Positions 1 to 10,291 of a stretch of DNA of 64,000 nt are shown here, piece by piece. Position numbers and translations under genes: made by a program. Numbering within the stretch: position 1 is the stretch's first letter; each line of letters opens with the position of its first letter. Below the pieces are notes generated by a model. That model did no database searches and was not told the origin of the DNA. It saw nothing but the letters and a program-made list of their open reading frames with translations. The DNA comes from a virus (taxonomy: Duplodnaviria; Caudoviricetes). The stretch lies in IMG/VR virus record IMGVR_UViG_3300028197_000002; one strand, given 5' to 3'.

Positions 1-2
1 AT

Positions 3-371
3 CTCAGCAAGACTGATTTGCAAACTTATATAAATAATGGAATTAATAGAATAGGCGAAAATGAAATAATAATTGCTCCTTTGGCATATATGAGAGGCAT
101 GAATTATCACGATTCCTATATGATATTAGATGAATCTCAGAATTGTACAAGAGAGCAGATGAAACTGTTTATAACAAGAATAGGATTTAATAGCAAAGCT
201 GTTATGGTTGGAGACGATAAGCAATCAGATTTGCCTAATGGAAAATCTGGACTTGTGTATTGGTACGATAAACTCAAAGGTATACAAGATGTAGCTTCAG
301 TTAAATTAGATAACGAAGACATAATAAGGAATCCTGTCATTTCTAGGATTCTTCAAAGATTAGGGGAATAA
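3..371 (+). CDS. phoH: PhoH-family ATPase, C-terminal part (5' truncated by window edge)
   Basis: APLAYMRG, ILDESQN, TRIG and GDDKQSDL motifs; frame is open from the window start. Confidence 0.93.
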   Translation, partial: LSKTDLQTYINNGINRIGENEIIIAPLAYMRGMNYHDSYMILDESQNCTREQMKLFITRIGFNSKAVMVGDDKQSDLPNGKSGLVYWYDKLKGIQDVASVKLDNEDIIRNPVISRILQRLGE

Positions 372-412
372 GATGGGCACGCCGATTACCAAGCTCGTAT
401 TTGGAGCTAGCT

Positions 413-3400
413 ATGAACTATGAAATGGGTGGTGGAGTTGTTCTTTCCGGACAGGTTAGTGTAACTTCGCCTTACTATCAGTATGTTGGTTCTGGTGGGA
501 TAACGATATCATCGGCTGTCCGGCAGCTATCTGATTTTGGGATACCTGATTTTTCGGCTGTCGGTTCTGGCGGAATATCATTAACAAATAGATATACCTA
601 TCGTCAAAATATAACTAATTCTTATAATTTTGATTTTTTGAGTTCTTACAGCATTCAGCCTTATACCGAACCCTTTGGTCCTTCAAGCCCAACAACTGAC
701 AATATTATAATAGATTTTACTTCTGGTTATTCTGTAGGAGAACAAAGAAAGTATTGGTGGAGAATTCAATGCTGTTGCCTGCCAGCAGAAGAAGGAGAAG
801 GAGAAGAAGGCCCTTCAGAAGTGTCTCTCATGCCTTTGAAATTTAATAGTTCGATAAATAGTCTTATTGAAGGTTTGGCAAATAATTCAATTATTAGCCC
901 TAATTTAATTAAAAGTTTGATGCCTTCAATTTCCATCTCATCTAAACCATTATTTGCATCGTTAGGTGATGCGAATAATGGTTTAGGTAACCAAAAAAAT
1001 AAATCTAGGAATAGCAATCGACTTAACAGATCTAATGGAGAGATTTCTGCTCTATATCATGAAGACGATCATGAAGAAGAGGTTTTATGTCAAGGAATAT
1101 GGAATAGCGGAGGTAGTTTAACTTGTGGTGGAAATGCTTTAAGTTTGATTAGTCTTGTAAGGGCGCCAACTGTAAATGACGTTTGCGCTATAATCAAAGC
1201 TCCTATGTTCGGCCCTGAATACTTGGATATTTTTTCTGTTTTGAAAATACAAAAATGGGTCCCGGAACAAAGACTTTGGGTAGATCAAGAGTACTGCAAT
1301 GCTCCAAATTGCATATCTCTTTGTGTAGATTATGCGCCTGAAGATGATCACGCTGCTTTTGTTATGTCTGTGATAGAAAATTATAATGAAGCAATTGGAA
1401 CTGGTGGTGTTTCTTTATCTGGATCGGCAGAGGCGTCAGCTATTATTGGAACTTGTGTGGGACAAGGAGGAGTTACCATAGCCGGATCCTTACACTCTGT
1501 AATTTCAGCAGCATACAGTTTCAATCCAAATTTCATTGGAAAACCTCCAGTTTCACTTGGAGGCTCTGCTAATATATTTGTGAGTCATGTAAATTCTAGA
1601 GGAGGAATATTTCTTTCATCTTCTTCTATTGAAGTTATTTCCATCGCTCACTTTTACAAATCACAAGGCGGACTTTCCATAGAAGGATCAGGATTAGATG
1701 ATGTAAGATTTTCAACTTCATATGATGATATAACTTATGATGTGATATTCTTGACAGGCGCAGCAGAATTCACTTCTCTTTTAAAGAATTTCATATACGA
1801 TTCAGAAGGAGGCGGTGTTTCTTTAAGTGGAGCGGCAGAAGCTAATTCTAGTAGATACAAGCATGATTCTGATGGGATGATCACAATCTCAGGAATTTCA
1901 GAAACAATATCAGGGAGAAGACGATATCAGGGAGAAGGTGGAATTTCTATTGGAGGAAGTTCTTATCTGACCAGATATGTTGTAGCTTCTGGAGGAATTG
2001 CTATTTGTCGTGGTTATGATTTCACTGTTATATCAGGACCAACATCTACTTTCGACATCGTAGGATTTGAAAACAGGTCAAGAAATTTGACTTTTAATAA
2101 TGATGGAACAAAAATGTTTGTTGTTGGAGAAACTGGGGATGATGTAAACGAATTCAATCTTTCTGTCGGTTTTGATCTTTCATCATCAGTAACATTTGTA
2201 GGAACTTTTAGTGTATCTGCAAATTGCCCAAACCCAACGGCGGTGAAATTCAATCCAGATGGCACAAAAATGTTTCTAACTACATTTGGAAACAGCAATG
2301 TTCATGAATATGGTTTAACAACAGGGTTCGATGTATCAACAGCAAGTTTCAGCCAAACATTAATTACAAGCGGTAATGACAGTGATAACTTTGGCCTTGA
2401 TTTTAGCAACGATGGAACCAAGATGTTCATCACAGGAAATCAAAATGATAAAATATATGAATACGCATTATCGTCAGCATTTGACATTTCAACAGCAACA
2501 TTTACGCAGGATTTATATTTAGGCACCCAAGATTCAGAACCTTTTGGAATAGAGTTTATTGATGATGGGAAAAAATTATTTGTTGTAGGAACATTAGACA
2601 ACGGTGTTGATGAATATCATTTATCTAGCCCATATGACATATCGACAGCTTCTCATGTGAACTTTTTTGGTGTAAGCGGCAATCCATCTGGAATCCACAT
2701 TAATCCTAGTGCAACTAAAATGTTCATTTGTGGAACGTCTACAGATTTAGTTAAAGAATTTGATATGAACTCAGGCTGCGATACTGAATCTTATTTTACT
2801 TTTACATACACTGGTTCCGGAGGAGTTGTTCTCTCTGGGCAGACTAGTGGAACAACTTCACCTTCCTTTAATTTCGAGTCTTCAGGTTTAGGTCCTATTA
2901 CAGTTACTAATGATGGAGTTTATGTTAGTTACAGAGATCTAGGAAATCATGAGGACACTTTTAGTGCGGTTATGTCGACAAGCAACTTATCTTTAAACCT
3001 TGGAAATGATATAGCTGATGGTTTTTCTGATTTGTCAATAAACAGTGGGACAATTAATACATGTGGTTGTGAGAACGTTGGTCTGACTATTCAGCTTGTA
3101 AATAATCTTTCTAAAGTCTCAGAGATTGGAAGTTTTATTCAGCGAAACAAACTAAATTCTTTAGATTCTTTGAGATTGCATTATGTTAATGGAATTAATT
3201 CTTGGAATAACGTCCAGCATCTTTCTGGGCTTGGTGCTGATGATGTAACAGAAAATTGGAAATTTGTTTTTCAACTATCTTGCACTAACAAAATTGAAAA
3301 CATAGAGCTTGAAAATTTTTATTTTAAATTTTTACTATTGGTCGAAAAACAAATTCCCTCAAAAAATATTAAACTAAAATCCATGTTTTTATTGAATATG

Positions 3401-3868
3401 GACACCTCTGTTATGTGTTCTGATTCTACTCGATTGTTAAGTAGCACTATTACTTTTGATTCTTTTGAAAAAATTCCGTTTGTTGACGAAAATATAATAG
3501 AAAATTTTGTTTACAAAGATGAAATAGGTATTTTTTCCGATTCAGTGTGGAATAAAAAATTAGATTACTCTCTTATTAGAGATGATTTGGCTTCAGGCCC
3601 AGTTGTTTCTGGGGCATTTCCTACTTTTAAGATAAACATACCGATTGGTCAGCCGCTAGAGTATTTTATGACATTGCCTGATGAGTCAATTCCTAAAAAG
3701 CAGCAGCAACTTTTGGACTCTCAAATTCAAAATCCTTTATCTCAAACAGATGTTGATTTGAAAGGTCAATTAACAAGCGGTCGTCCGACTTCAATCGCAC
3801 TTGGAAGCGGTCCGACCGCCATTCGGGTAGACAGCCCCCAATACAACACGATTTTTCCTCCAAATTAA
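413..3868 (+). CDS. Large putative virion structural protein with about 13 GxGGxx(L/I)SG repeats and an internal beta-propeller
   Basis: ATG 413 follows GGAG at 403-406; repeats such as VGSGGITIS, GTGGVSLSG, GSGGVVLSG; five F(N/S)xDGTKMF-type blades at about 2006-2770. Confidence 0.7.
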   Translation: MNYEMGGGVVLSGQVSVTSPYYQYVGSGGITISSAVRQLSDFGIPDFSAVGSGGISLTNRYTYRQNITNSYNFDFLSSYSIQPYTEPFGPSSPTTDNIIIDFTSGYSVGEQRKYWWRIQCCCLPAEEGEGEEGPSEVSLMPLKFNSSINSLIEGLANNSIISPNLIKSLMPSISISSKPLFASLGDANNGLGNQKNKSRNSNRLNRSNGEISALYHEDDHEEEVLCQGIWNSGGSLTCGGNALSLISLVRAPTVNDVCAIIKAPMFGPEYLDIFSVLKIQKWVPEQRLWVDQEYCNAPNCISLCVDYAPEDDHAAFVMSVIENYNEAIGTGGVSLSGSAEASAIIGTCVGQGGVTIAGSLHSVISAAYSFNPNFIGKPPVSLGGSANIFVSHVNSRGGIFLSSSSIEVISIAHFYKSQGGLSIEGSGLDDVRFSTSYDDITYDVIFLTGAAEFTSLLKNFIYDSEGGGVSLSGAAEANSSRYKHDSDGMITISGISETISGRRRYQGEGGISIGGSSYLTRYVVASGGIAICRGYDFTVISGPTSTFDIVGFENRSRNLTFNNDGTKMFVVGETGDDVNEFNLSVGFDLSSSVTFVGTFSVSANCPNPTAVKFNPDGTKMFLTTFGNSNVHEYGLTTGFDVSTASFSQTLITSGNDSDNFGLDFSNDGTKMFITGNQNDKIYEYALSSAFDISTATFTQDLYLGTQDSEPFGIEFIDDGKKLFVVGTLDNGVDEYHLSSPYDISTASHVNFFGVSGNPSGIHINPSATKMFICGTSTDLVKEFDMNSGCDTESYFTFTYTGSGGVVLSGQTSGTTSPSFNFESSGLGPITVTNDGVYVSYRDLGNHEDTFSAVMSTSNLSLNLGNDIADGFSDLSINSGTINTCGCENVGLTIQLVNNLSKVSEIGSFIQRNKLNSLDSLRLHYVNGINSWNNVQHLSGLGADDVTENWKFVFQLSCTNKIENIELENFYFKFLLLVEKQIPSKNIKLKSMFLLNMDTSVMCSDSTRLLSSTITFDSFEKIPFVDENIIENFVYKDEIGIFSDSVWNKKLDYSLIRDDLASGPVVSGAFPTFKINIPIGQPLEYFMTLPDESIPKKQQQLLDSQIQNPLSQTDVDLKGQLTSGRPTSIALGSGPTAIRVDSPQYNTIFPPN

Positions 3869-3894
3869 TAATGACTGGGAATGGTTGATTAAAC

Positions 3895-4092
3895 ATGAGT
3901 TCTACTGAAATTATTTTAATAATTTGCTTGATTGTTTCTATAATAAATTTAATCACCTTATTGTCTGTTTCAAACTTTTTAGTTAGACTCGCTTCAAAGA
4001 TGACAGACGCCCAATTTAATATTGAAAGTGAAGATGAATTAGAAGAAAATAATCAAAATCCTAATAATGATAAAGGTTTAGTTGATGTATAA
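3895..4092 (+). CDS. Small membrane protein (N-terminal hydrophobic helix, acidic tail)
   Basis: ORF with IILIICLIVSIINLITLLSV hydrophobic segment. Confidence 0.65.
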   Translation: MSSTEIILIICLIVSIINLITLLSVSNFLVRLASKMTDAQFNIESEDELEENNQNPNNDKGLVDV

Positions 4093-4984
4093 AAAATTAA
4101 AAAGAATGGTTTGGTTTTTTGGCTTAATTGTCTGTGAATGGCTTGTTCTTGTAACTTTTGGAATGTATCAAGAAGCCAGATCTGACGAACCAATAAAAGC
4201 AGTGTTTCAAGAAGAGCAGAAGCTTGTGTTTACGAATCCTTTTCCCACAACTACATCGAGCAACGTGCCAGATGAATTTAAGGATCTTGTTTGGAACAAG
4301 TGGGATACTGATAATTTTATTGTTTTGAGCATTAGCGAGCAACAAGGTCTTTATCTTAAAAATAATATAGAACGCATAAAAAGTTCTCTTTTGAAAAATT
4401 GGGGGATAAAAGATTTTGATTTATCTAAAAAGTGCAAGTTAGTTTGTGTTTCTAATGAAGAAATGTTAGATAAATTATTTAAAAAGCAAGATTTTCATTC
4501 TGAAGTTAGAAAAGATTCTGATGGAAATATAGAATCTAATGCAATATGGTTTTATTTAGACGATACAAATGCTATGGGAAAGCTTAATGATAAAGTTCTC
4601 GACATATGTCTTTCAGAACTGTCGCAAAAAGTCAAATCAATCCCTGCTTTTTGCAGAGTGGGAATGTGCGTTTTAAGTAAAAACTCAAACCAAATTAAAG
4701 AAACTATTTTAAAAGGGGAAGATGCTAATGCCTCTGATTTAATTACATCTGAAAAGCCAGAGTTATCAGAAGGGCCTTGTGCTGCTTTGTGTTTGATGAT
4801 TCGGAAAGAGTATGGTGAAAATAATTTTTTAAGTTATTTGCTAACAGGGGACTTAAAGTCTTTGGGAATTAATGATGAAAATCAGTTAGATTCTATATTT
4901 AACAGATACAAAGACAATCTGAAGAAAGATTTAAGTAATAATTTAGTTCCTGCTAATTATTTGAAAATAGAAAGTTCAAATTAA
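4085..4984 (+). CDS. Hypothetical membrane-anchored protein
   Basis: About 300-aa ORF with N-terminal hydrophobic segment; overlaps the previous stop. Confidence 0.65.
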   Translation: MYKKLKRMVWFFGLIVCEWLVLVTFGMYQEARSDEPIKAVFQEEQKLVFTNPFPTTTSSNVPDEFKDLVWNKWDTDNFIVLSISEQQGLYLKNNIERIKSSLLKNWGIKDFDLSKKCKLVCVSNEEMLDKLFKKQDFHSEVRKDSDGNIESNAIWFYLDDTNAMGKLNDKVLDICLSELSQKVKSIPAFCRVGMCVLSKNSNQIKETILKGEDANASDLITSEKPELSEGPCAALCLMIRKEYGENNFLSYLLTGDLKSLGINDENQLDSIFNRYKDNLKKDLSNNLVPANYLKIESSN

Positions 4985-5025
4985 TATATAATATTATCAT
5001 TTATTTTTAATCGGAGGTTCTTAAA

Positions 5026-5280
5026 ATGATATTTTCGTTATTACTTTGGCTTGTCTACGGATTGATAGTTGGTTTGATAGTAAAAGCTATATATAGAGGA
5101 AGTCTTTCCGCTGGTTTTATGTCCACAGTCGGGATAGGCATTGCAGGTTCTTTTGTTGGTGGTCTTATAAATTACTTGTTAGGAGGCGGTGGTGACCCAC
5201 TTCAACCGTCCGGTTTCTTAATGGGAATTGTTGGCGGTATTGTGGCTTGTATTTTACATAAAAAATTAAATGAACTTTGA
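5026..5280 (+). CDS. GlsB/YeaQ/YmgE (transglycosylase-associated) family membrane protein
   Basis: GGAGG RBS; WLVYGLIVG..STVGIGIAGSFVGG..GFLMGIVGGIV pattern. Confidence 0.85.
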   Translation: MIFSLLLWLVYGLIVGLIVKAIYRGSLSAGFMSTVGIGIAGSFVGGLINYLLGGGGDPLQPSGFLMGIVGGIVACILHKKLNEL

Positions 5281-5500
5281 TATTTTAGACGACAGAATTT
5301 TAAATTCTTTTAAGGAAAAGTATAGGGACGTTCATCCTTTAGTTTTTCAAAGATCATTAGAAAGAGCTAGGAATTTTGATGATTTATTTGAAATACTAGA
5401 GGACGTTCCTGAATTTCCTTTTTGCTGGGATGACGAAAACAAGAAATGGATGTCTTTTTATGATTTTGTCATTTTTGAAAAAGTAAAAGAAATTTTATGA
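5270..5500 (+). CDS. Hypothetical protein
   Basis: 76-aa ORF coupled to its neighbours. Confidence 0.6.
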   Translation: MNFDILDDRILNSFKEKYRDVHPLVFQRSLERARNFDDLFEILEDVPEFPFCWDDENKKWMSFYDFVIFEKVKEIL

Positions 5501-6276
5501 TTGTTGCTGCCATATATGAAAATTTAAAAGAAGATAGAAAAAACCCAAATCATAGATTTCAAAAAGAATTGGTAAATTTTTGGAAAAAAAGCTGGAAAGA
5601 CAATGGGTTTGACGTAGTCGTTATTACAGAAAAAGATTTTCCTGTTTCTTCTGAGTTTGAGAACTTTTGTTGTAGGATTGAAGAAGTCAATAGAAAAATA
5701 TATGGCAATTCTTTTGAAAAAATGAAAAAAGGTTTTATGTGGAGATATTCTATTTCTTGTTGGAAAAGATGGTTTATTTTTGCTGAATTAAATTTGAATG
5801 ATCCTTTTTACTGTGGTGATTATGATGTTATAAATAATTCATTAACACCTGATAATTGCGAGATCAGTCAAGACTTATTTTTTTTACATGGTCTTTGTCC
5901 TTGTTTGGCTAGTGGCACTTCTTCTCAATTTAAATATTTTTGCGACATTGCAATCAAAATTTCTGAAAAGAATATAGATCGCATATCTGAATCCTTCAAA
6001 GAGAAGTCAGTGGGCACATTTTATACAGATCAATCTTTTTTTGTTTGTAATCATAAAGATGATGACTATAAACAAAGTTTAATAAACACTTCTTCAACAA
6101 CAACTTTTTTAAATGGCATAAGACTAGACCCAGAATGCAAGCTGATACATTTTTCTCATAATTTCACATCAAGAAATTGTGATAAGTATTCTGATTTAAA
6201 TAGAATAAAAATAATAAAGAAATTTTTGAAAAAAAAAGAATCTTTAGTTAAAAATGTGTCTTGGAGACTTGGATAA
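5497..6276 (+). CDS. Putative GT-A fold glycosyltransferase-like protein
   Basis: WKKSWKDNGF..CWKRW..GDYDV (DxD-like) pattern. Confidence 0.45.
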   Translation: MIVAAIYENLKEDRKNPNHRFQKELVNFWKKSWKDNGFDVVVITEKDFPVSSEFENFCCRIEEVNRKIYGNSFEKMKKGFMWRYSISCWKRWFIFAELNLNDPFYCGDYDVINNSLTPDNCEISQDLFFLHGLCPCLASGTSSQFKYFCDIAIKISEKNIDRISESFKEKSVGTFYTDQSFFVCNHKDDDYKQSLINTSSTTTFLNGIRLDPECKLIHFSHNFTSRNCDKYSDLNRIKIIKKFLKKKESLVKNVSWRLG

Positions 6277-6755
6277 TGCACTTGCATGAAGAATATTCAA
6301 AAAGAAATAACATTAAAAATTGCGTGTTGAGAAACACTAGAAATATTATATTTTTAAATGAATCCAGATATGATTGCATTTCTATTTACAGAGATATTTC
6401 TTTAAGACCTTTTATCTATAAGTTTGACTTTTGTATTAGAGGAGAAGTTAAAAAAAGCATAGATATAACTTGGGAAAATTATGAAAGATTTATTTTTTTT
6501 ATACATAAAGTTTTTAATGAAAAATTTGTTTTTGACAAACAGCAGATAAAGTTTTGTTTTTGGTCTTTGACTGTTATTAAAAATCAAGATTATTTTATCA
6601 ATAATATTGATAGAAAAAAAATGTTTAATTCTTTTGAAAGTTTAAATATTATTGATTCAATAGTTTCCGAAAATAAAAGCTTTGAATTAAAGTGGAAAAA
6701 TGATCTGAATAGTATCTTTAAACGTTATGCTTTTTGGTTAGAAATGCTATCATGA
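6276..6755 (+). CDS. Hypothetical protein
   Basis: TAATG coupling at 6273-6278; about 159 aa. Confidence 0.6.
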   Translation: MHLHEEYSKRNNIKNCVLRNTRNIIFLNESRYDCISIYRDISLRPFIYKFDFCIRGEVKKSIDITWENYERFIFFIHKVFNEKFVFDKQQIKFCFWSLTVIKNQDYFINNIDRKKMFNSFESLNIIDSIVSENKSFELKWKNDLNSIFKRYAFWLEMLS

Positions 6756-6779
6756 TTAAATCTTTTTTAAGAGACGGTT

Positions 6780-7379
6780 ATGATCGAAACTTCACTGAAA
6801 AAAGCCAAGCAGTTCACCAAACGTCCTAGAGTTGGCGAGTTTTCTACCGATGGTTCCGAATTGGATTGGACATATTGTAGGGAATATTTTTCTCAAAAAT
6901 TTAATGAAAAAAGTACGGGAATATTTTTTTCTTGTAAAGAAAATGATAGAGAAAATATTTCTAATTTAATTTTAAAAACAGAAGATATTTTAAATATATC
7001 TTTAGACATTCCTAAATCTAAATTTTATCACACGAACTTAAATTTTGCTTTTTGGATTGAGCCTTCTTTTTTTTGGAAATGCTGCCCTATTAGAAGATCT
7101 TTCTTTACAGTTTTATTACGCGCAGGATTAGATTATAATGGCTTTAACTACGAGGATTGTTTGTTTAGTGGCAAATTAATTTCCACTAAAAATGCAACAC
7201 AGAGGTTTCTTTTTGGATTTACTGAATTTAAAGATAAAGAAGCCGTTGTAGAAGGTATCGGAAAAGGCTGGATTAGTTATTTTGCTAATAAAAATGTTGA
7301 GTTCGTAAGAGAAAGTTTAAAATCTTCTCGTGTTAATCGAGAATTTTTATTTGGAGAAAAAATTCTATGGACAAATTAA
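6780..7379 (+). CDS. Hypothetical protein
   Basis: 199-aa ORF. Confidence 0.65.
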   Translation: MIETSLKKAKQFTKRPRVGEFSTDGSELDWTYCREYFSQKFNEKSTGIFFSCKENDRENISNLILKTEDILNISLDIPKSKFYHTNLNFAFWIEPSFFWKCCPIRRSFFTVLLRAGLDYNGFNYEDCLFSGKLISTKNATQRFLFGFTEFKDKEAVVEGIGKGWISYFANKNVEFVRESLKSSRVNREFLFGEKILWTN

Positions 7380-7804
7380 AATCTAGATGGATGAAAAGAA
7401 AAGATTTAGATGTCTTTTCCGCTAAAGAGCATAAGCATATTTTACATTTAATTGGAACAAAAAGAAATATAGCTGCTGTTGTAGAAAATGATGAAGAAAT
7501 TTTAGGATGTATAGTTTATAGGGTTTTAGATGAGATTATTTTGATATTAAAAATTTCTTTTTTAGATGAAGACCACATGGAGTTTATGTTAAAAGAAATT
7601 AAAGGAAAATTTAAAAAGTCAGTTTCAATTTGCGTTTCGGAATATGACACAAAGTTGCATTTGGCTCTAAAAGATTCAAACTTTAGGGCAAATAAAATCA
7701 TTAAAAATAAAGATAGAAATTGCGACTTTTATGTTTTCGATTGGCATCCAACATTTAATGAAGTTGGGATCAGGTCTGCAAAGGAGCTTTTATCCAATGA
7801 GTAA
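7367..7804 (+). CDS. GNAT (RimI-like) acetyltransferase-fold protein, possibly degenerate
   Basis: ILGCIVYRV..ILKISF..VSEYDTKLHLALKDSNF..DFYVF resembles the RimI-like C-terminal pattern. Confidence 0.5.
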   Translation: MDKLKSRWMKRKDLDVFSAKEHKHILHLIGTKRNIAAVVENDEEILGCIVYRVLDEIILILKISFLDEDHMEFMLKEIKGKFKKSVSICVSEYDTKLHLALKDSNFRANKIIKNKDRNCDFYVFDWHPTFNEVGIRSAKELLSNE

Positions 7805-8831
7805 GAGACTTTTAATAACTGGCGCTGGTGGTTTTATAGGCGCTCATTGTGTTCAGTATTTTTTAGAGAATACTAATTGGGAAATAATTGGGATTGATTC
7901 TTTTCGCCACAAAGGAGACTTGGGTCGTCTTGAAAATATAGATTTTGATAATAGGTTTAAAATTTACTATCATGATTTAACGCTGCCTATACAAGATCAA
8001 TTGTACAATAGGATTACTGAAGCAAAGATTGATGATAGGGGCAATGTAATAAGAAAAAAAGTAAATTACATTGTAAACATGGCGTCAGACTCAGCGGTTG
8101 AAAGATCAACACAAGAGCCAACTTATGTTTTAAGAAATAACTATGATCTTGCTATAAACATGTTGGAGTTTGCAAGAAGAGTTCAGCCGGATAATTTCTT
8201 GCAAATATCTACTGACGAGGTTTACGGAGAGGCCTGTTCTGAATTTGGTCATCATGAATGGGATGTGATATTACCATCAAACCCATATGCTGCTAGTAAA
8301 GCGGCTCAAGAGGCAGTAGCTATTTCTTATTGGAGAACATTTAATATTCCGGTAGTTATTTCTAATACGATGAACATCATTGGAGAATGGCAAGATCCAG
8401 AAAAGTTTTTGCCTAAGATAATTCAGAAGATTTATCTTGGAGAGGAAATGCCAATATATGCTGACTCTGATGATGAAATAGGATCTAGAGTTTATATTGA
8501 TGTTAAGAACAAGGCAGATGCTTTATTACATTTGTTAAAGAAGCCAGTTTCTTTATATGCAGAAGGTTCTAAAAGACCTGACCGATGGAATATTTGCGGC
8601 TATGACGAGTTGAATAATTTAGAGCTTGCTCAGATGGTTGCAAAAATAATGAACAAAGATCTTAAGTATAAGTTGATTTCTAGTGAATCAGCAAGACCGG
8701 GATACGACAGAAGATATTTGCTTGATGGATCTAAACTTAAACAAAGTGGCTGGAAGCCACCGTTTACTTTTTCGCAGACTTTGGAAAGGATTGTTAAATA
8801 CACAATGTCTAATTCGCATTGGGTATTATAG
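7797..8831 (+). CDS. rfbB: dTDP-glucose 4,6-dehydratase
   Basis: LITGAGGFIG, QISTDEVYG, NPYAASKA, RPGYDRRY; start refined to ATG 7797. Confidence 0.9.
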   Translation: MSKRLLITGAGGFIGAHCVQYFLENTNWEIIGIDSFRHKGDLGRLENIDFDNRFKIYYHDLTLPIQDQLYNRITEAKIDDRGNVIRKKVNYIVNMASDSAVERSTQEPTYVLRNNYDLAINMLEFARRVQPDNFLQISTDEVYGEACSEFGHHEWDVILPSNPYAASKAAQEAVAISYWRTFNIPVVISNTMNIIGEWQDPEKFLPKIIQKIYLGEEMPIYADSDDEIGSRVYIDVKNKADALLHLLKKPVSLYAEGSKRPDRWNICGYDELNNLELAQMVAKIMNKDLKYKLISSESARPGYDRRYLLDGSKLKQSGWKPPFTFSQTLERIVKYTMSNSHWVL

Positions 8832-8833
8832 GT

Positions 8834-9505
8834 ATGATTTGGTTCACAGCAGATACTCATTTTTTTCACAAAAAAATTCCTCTTTATACGAAAAGAAAAT
8901 TTTGTTTAAATAGAGAAGAAAAGAAGCAATTAGATTCTATATGGTCTAGAGGCGGACCTACTTGTTCTCAGTGGGGCAATTGGTGCCCTAGTTGGGAATC
9001 TATAAATAAAATGAATGATGCTTTAATTAACAATATTAACAATTGTGTTAAAGCAGATGATGTTTTGTGGCATCTTGGAGATTTTTGTTATGCTCCTAAA
9101 AATAAAGTTGATGATTTTTCTAAATCTATCTTTGATAGAATAAATTGCAAAAACATTTATCTTTTAAAAGGCAATCATGATTTTGAAATTATTTTTAAAT
9201 ATTTTAAAGATTGTTTTGAGAGAAAAGAAATTAGGAATAATAGAAGATTACTAATTCTAAGTCACTATGCCCAGTTGATCTGGAACAAATCGCATGAAGG
9301 CTCATGGATGCTTTATGGGCATTCACACGCAACCGCAGAAAAGTTTTTAGATGAAATGATGCCAGATCGTCTTTCTTTGGATGTTGGAGTTGATAATGTA
9401 AATCGTCTTTTAGGCGAATACAGACCAATCTCTTTTGATGAAATTGATAAAATATTTAAACATAAGGGCGGAAATAGTATTGACACTAGCTTGAACTTGC
9501 TCTGA
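8834..9505 (+). CDS. Calcineurin-like metallophosphoesterase
   Basis: FTADTHF, HLGDF, KGNHD, LYGHSH, DVGVD motifs. Confidence 0.9.
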   Translation: MIWFTADTHFFHKKIPLYTKRKFCLNREEKKQLDSIWSRGGPTCSQWGNWCPSWESINKMNDALINNINNCVKADDVLWHLGDFCYAPKNKVDDFSKSIFDRINCKNIYLLKGNHDFEIIFKYFKDCFERKEIRNNRRLLILSHYAQLIWNKSHEGSWMLYGHSHATAEKFLDEMMPDRLSLDVGVDNVNRLLGEYRPISFDEIDKIFKHKGGNSIDTSLNLL

Positions 9506-9638
9506 AAATGCGTTTTAAGAGCTTTATTTGCACTTCGATGCGCATGTCGAAATATTCTTTTTAGAAGCTCAAAAGTCATCTGAAGAGCTTTTTTATCATA
9601 ATTTTTTGGATTTGCTTTACTTTAGCTGTCTTAATTAC

Positions 9639-9667
9639 TTTACATTAAATTTTCTTTTAGATATAAT
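9639..9667 (+). promoter_or_regulatory. Sigma70-like promoter TTTACA-N17-TATAAT
   Basis: Read directly; upstream of the sigma factor gene. Confidence 0.65.
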
Positions 9668-9718
9668 TATCATATGTTAAAAGAGGATGTTTAGGTTGTT
9701 TCAAAAGGTTGTGAAAAA

Positions 9719-10231
9719 TTGGATTCTGCAATATTCGAAAATAATGTTGGTTTGCTTAGATCAATTGTCGTAAAATATATTGACAGTAATCAAAGGATTG
9801 AGGACTCAGAAGCATATTCCGATGGTTGTCTCGCTTTAATAAAGGCGCATAGAACATACGATGCCAATAAAGGTGCGTTTTCTACATGGGCCACTAGAAT
9901 AATCAAGCAGGCAATTATTGGATCATATAGAAAAAATAAAAAAAATAATTTTGAATTAAATGATGATATTGATACGATTCAAGAAGAGAATTGCTTGAAT
10001 GTTTCTGAGAAGGCAATGTCTATTCTTCTTAAAGAAGATGATGACGATAGTGATTTAGATAAGGAAAATAAAAAAATATTAATTGATCATTACATCAATA
10101 AGATTTCATGGGCAGAGATTGGACGCAGAATGAACTACTCAAAAGAAAGAGTAAGGCAAAAGGGGCAAGATGCTATTCGAAGAATAAGAATTAAATATAA
10201 ATTAATTCTAGATGAAATTGAAAATTTTTAA
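9719..10231 (+). CDS. Compact sigma-70 family RNA polymerase sigma factor
   Basis: Region 2 YSDGCLALIKA..YDANKGAFSTWATRII; region 4 ISWAEIGRRMNYSKERVRQ. Confidence 0.88.
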   Translation: MDSAIFENNVGLLRSIVVKYIDSNQRIEDSEAYSDGCLALIKAHRTYDANKGAFSTWATRIIKQAIIGSYRKNKKNNFELNDDIDTIQEENCLNVSEKAMSILLKEDDDDSDLDKENKKILIDHYINKISWAEIGRRMNYSKERVRQKGQDAIRRIRIKYKLILDEIENF

Positions 10232-10259
10232 TTTACTTGAAAATTTATTTAGATATAAT
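10232..10259 (+). promoter_or_regulatory. Promoter TTTACT-N16-TATAAT
   Basis: Read directly upstream of 10292. Confidence 0.55.
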
Positions 10260-10291
10260 TGGATAGTCCAAAAAACAAGGAATAGGAAATT

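Noticed and set aside
137-2298. Minus-strand ORFs 137-340, 766-1017, 1139-1351, 2014-2298 (and similar short antisense ORFs throughout)
   Set aside because: They are shadows of well-supported genes on the opposite strand with no motifs or RBS
9313-9579. Minus-strand 88-aa ORF
   Set aside because: Overlaps about 190 nt of the metallophosphoesterase C-terminus and has no recognisable motif; only its first part lies in intergenic space
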